Shown here: one piece after another, positions 62,879 through 64,000 of the stretch
Layout of the letters: every line of letters starts with the position of its first letter
Position numbering within the stretch: the stretch's first letter is position 1
DNA from: Octopus sinensis
Lineage: Eukaryota
Direction: 5' to 3'
DNA: 64,000 nucleotides
Assembly: GCF_006345805.1 (NCBI RefSeq)
Contig: NC_043022.1
Location: 1,054,001 to 1,118,000, forward strand
Made by a program: the position numbers and the translations under genes
The notes under the pieces: model-generated
What the model saw: the letters and a program-made list of their open reading frames with translations, nothing else
What the model was told of the DNA's origin: nothing
Database searches by the model: none

Positions 62879-63264
62879 GCAGGAGTGGCTGTGTGGTAAG
62901 TAGCTTATTTACCAACCACATGGTTCCGGGTTCAGTCCCACTGTGTGGCACCTTGGGCATGTGTCTTCTACTATAGCCTTGGGCCGACCAAAGCCTTGTG
63001 AGTGGATTTGGTAGACGGAAACTGAAAGAAGCCCGTCGTATATGTGTATGTGTATGTGTATATGTTTGTGTGTCTGTGTTTGTCCCCCTAGCATTGCTTG
63101 ACAACCGATGCTCGTGTGTTTATGTCCCCGTCACTTAGCGGTTCGGCAAAAAGAGACCAATAGAATAAGTACTGGGCTTACAAAGAATAAATCCCGGGGT
63201 CGAGTTGCTCGATTAAAGGCAGTGCTCCAGCATGGCCGCAGTCAAATGACTGAAACAAGTAAAA
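62879..63264 (+). mobile_element. SINE family A, full length
   Basis: gcaggagtggctgtgtggtaag head, gggttcagtccc B box, tail ..gactgaaacaagtaaaa. Confidence 0.9.
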
Positions 63265-64000
63265 AACAAAACAAACATAAAGTGCTTTTTTTTCTTTCCC
63301 CTTTTTTGCCAATGGTCAATTCCTATTATCTTTGTCCATTGCCAGACCTGGAACTGAGTTGCGCAGCTTCAAGTTATGTCGTGTCCTGCTGTGGTTTGCT
63401 GTTTCTTAATCAATTTACCAATACAAATTTATGATTGATTTTATAACAATGGCATCTCAATTGCGATATTTGTTCTCGAATATATGCAATAATGGTTGTA
63501 GTTATAGAAATAACGGTGACGCTGGCTTTGTTTTGGTAGCTTTAGTTTTGCATCATTATTACTATAGCATCTGAATAGAAACTACTGTGATGTTCACAGC
63601 TGGATTGCCTTTGATCAATGTTAATTTTTATCAGAACTAGCCTGGGGCTCAACAACAACAACGACAACAACAACAACAACGACAACGACAACAACAACAA
63701 CAACCTCAACATGACTCAAATCCTTTCTGATAATTACTATTATTTTTTCTTTCTTTTGGAGTTTGTTTTCCTCCTGTTTATTTTTCCATCTTCTTCATTT
63801 TATTCCAAAAACAAACATGTCCTACCAACTACTAACTGTCGCATTACATCAGTTTTTTTCAACAAACCCCTTTGTTGCTAGCAAGGGTCACACTGGGTTA
63901 TTCCACCAAAGAATTTTCACTAAAATCAGTTGTTCTACACCGTTGGTTCTCAGCCATTTTTTTTTTACCTATGGGACACTGGACCCCTTTGATTAATATT

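Overview
AT-rich, microsatellite-saturated eukaryotic DNA, intergenic or inside a large intron. Its repeat families resemble those I associate with Octopus genomes (inference). No intact host gene is recognisable, and almost all of the ORF track is translated microsatellite. Recognisable content: several tRNA-headed SINE families; many 5'-truncated RTE LINE 3' ends plus one 1.1-kb RTE RT/zinc-finger segment (40728-41827); Helitrons, one with a Rep remnant; DD37D (maT) and mariner remnants; GG-terminated MITEs with 8-bp TSDs (Merlin-like); and a 100-N gap flanked by a probably artefactual 1.67-kb duplication. The main unexplained signal is a set of sequence-unrelated short elements, mostly in (TA)n or AT-rich sites, each carrying a minimal type I hammerhead-ribozyme (HHR) fold. 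About a dozen good or near-complete folds are present. Several have the Penelope-like architecture of an inverted partial copy, a spacer, then a copy with a tail. One family carries a G3:C8 swap of the C3:G8 tertiary pair (8027-8077), and one joins a tRNA-derived Pol III head to an HHR-like tail. All folds were assigned by eye and no activity is shown. A few small candidate host exons are listed at low confidence.
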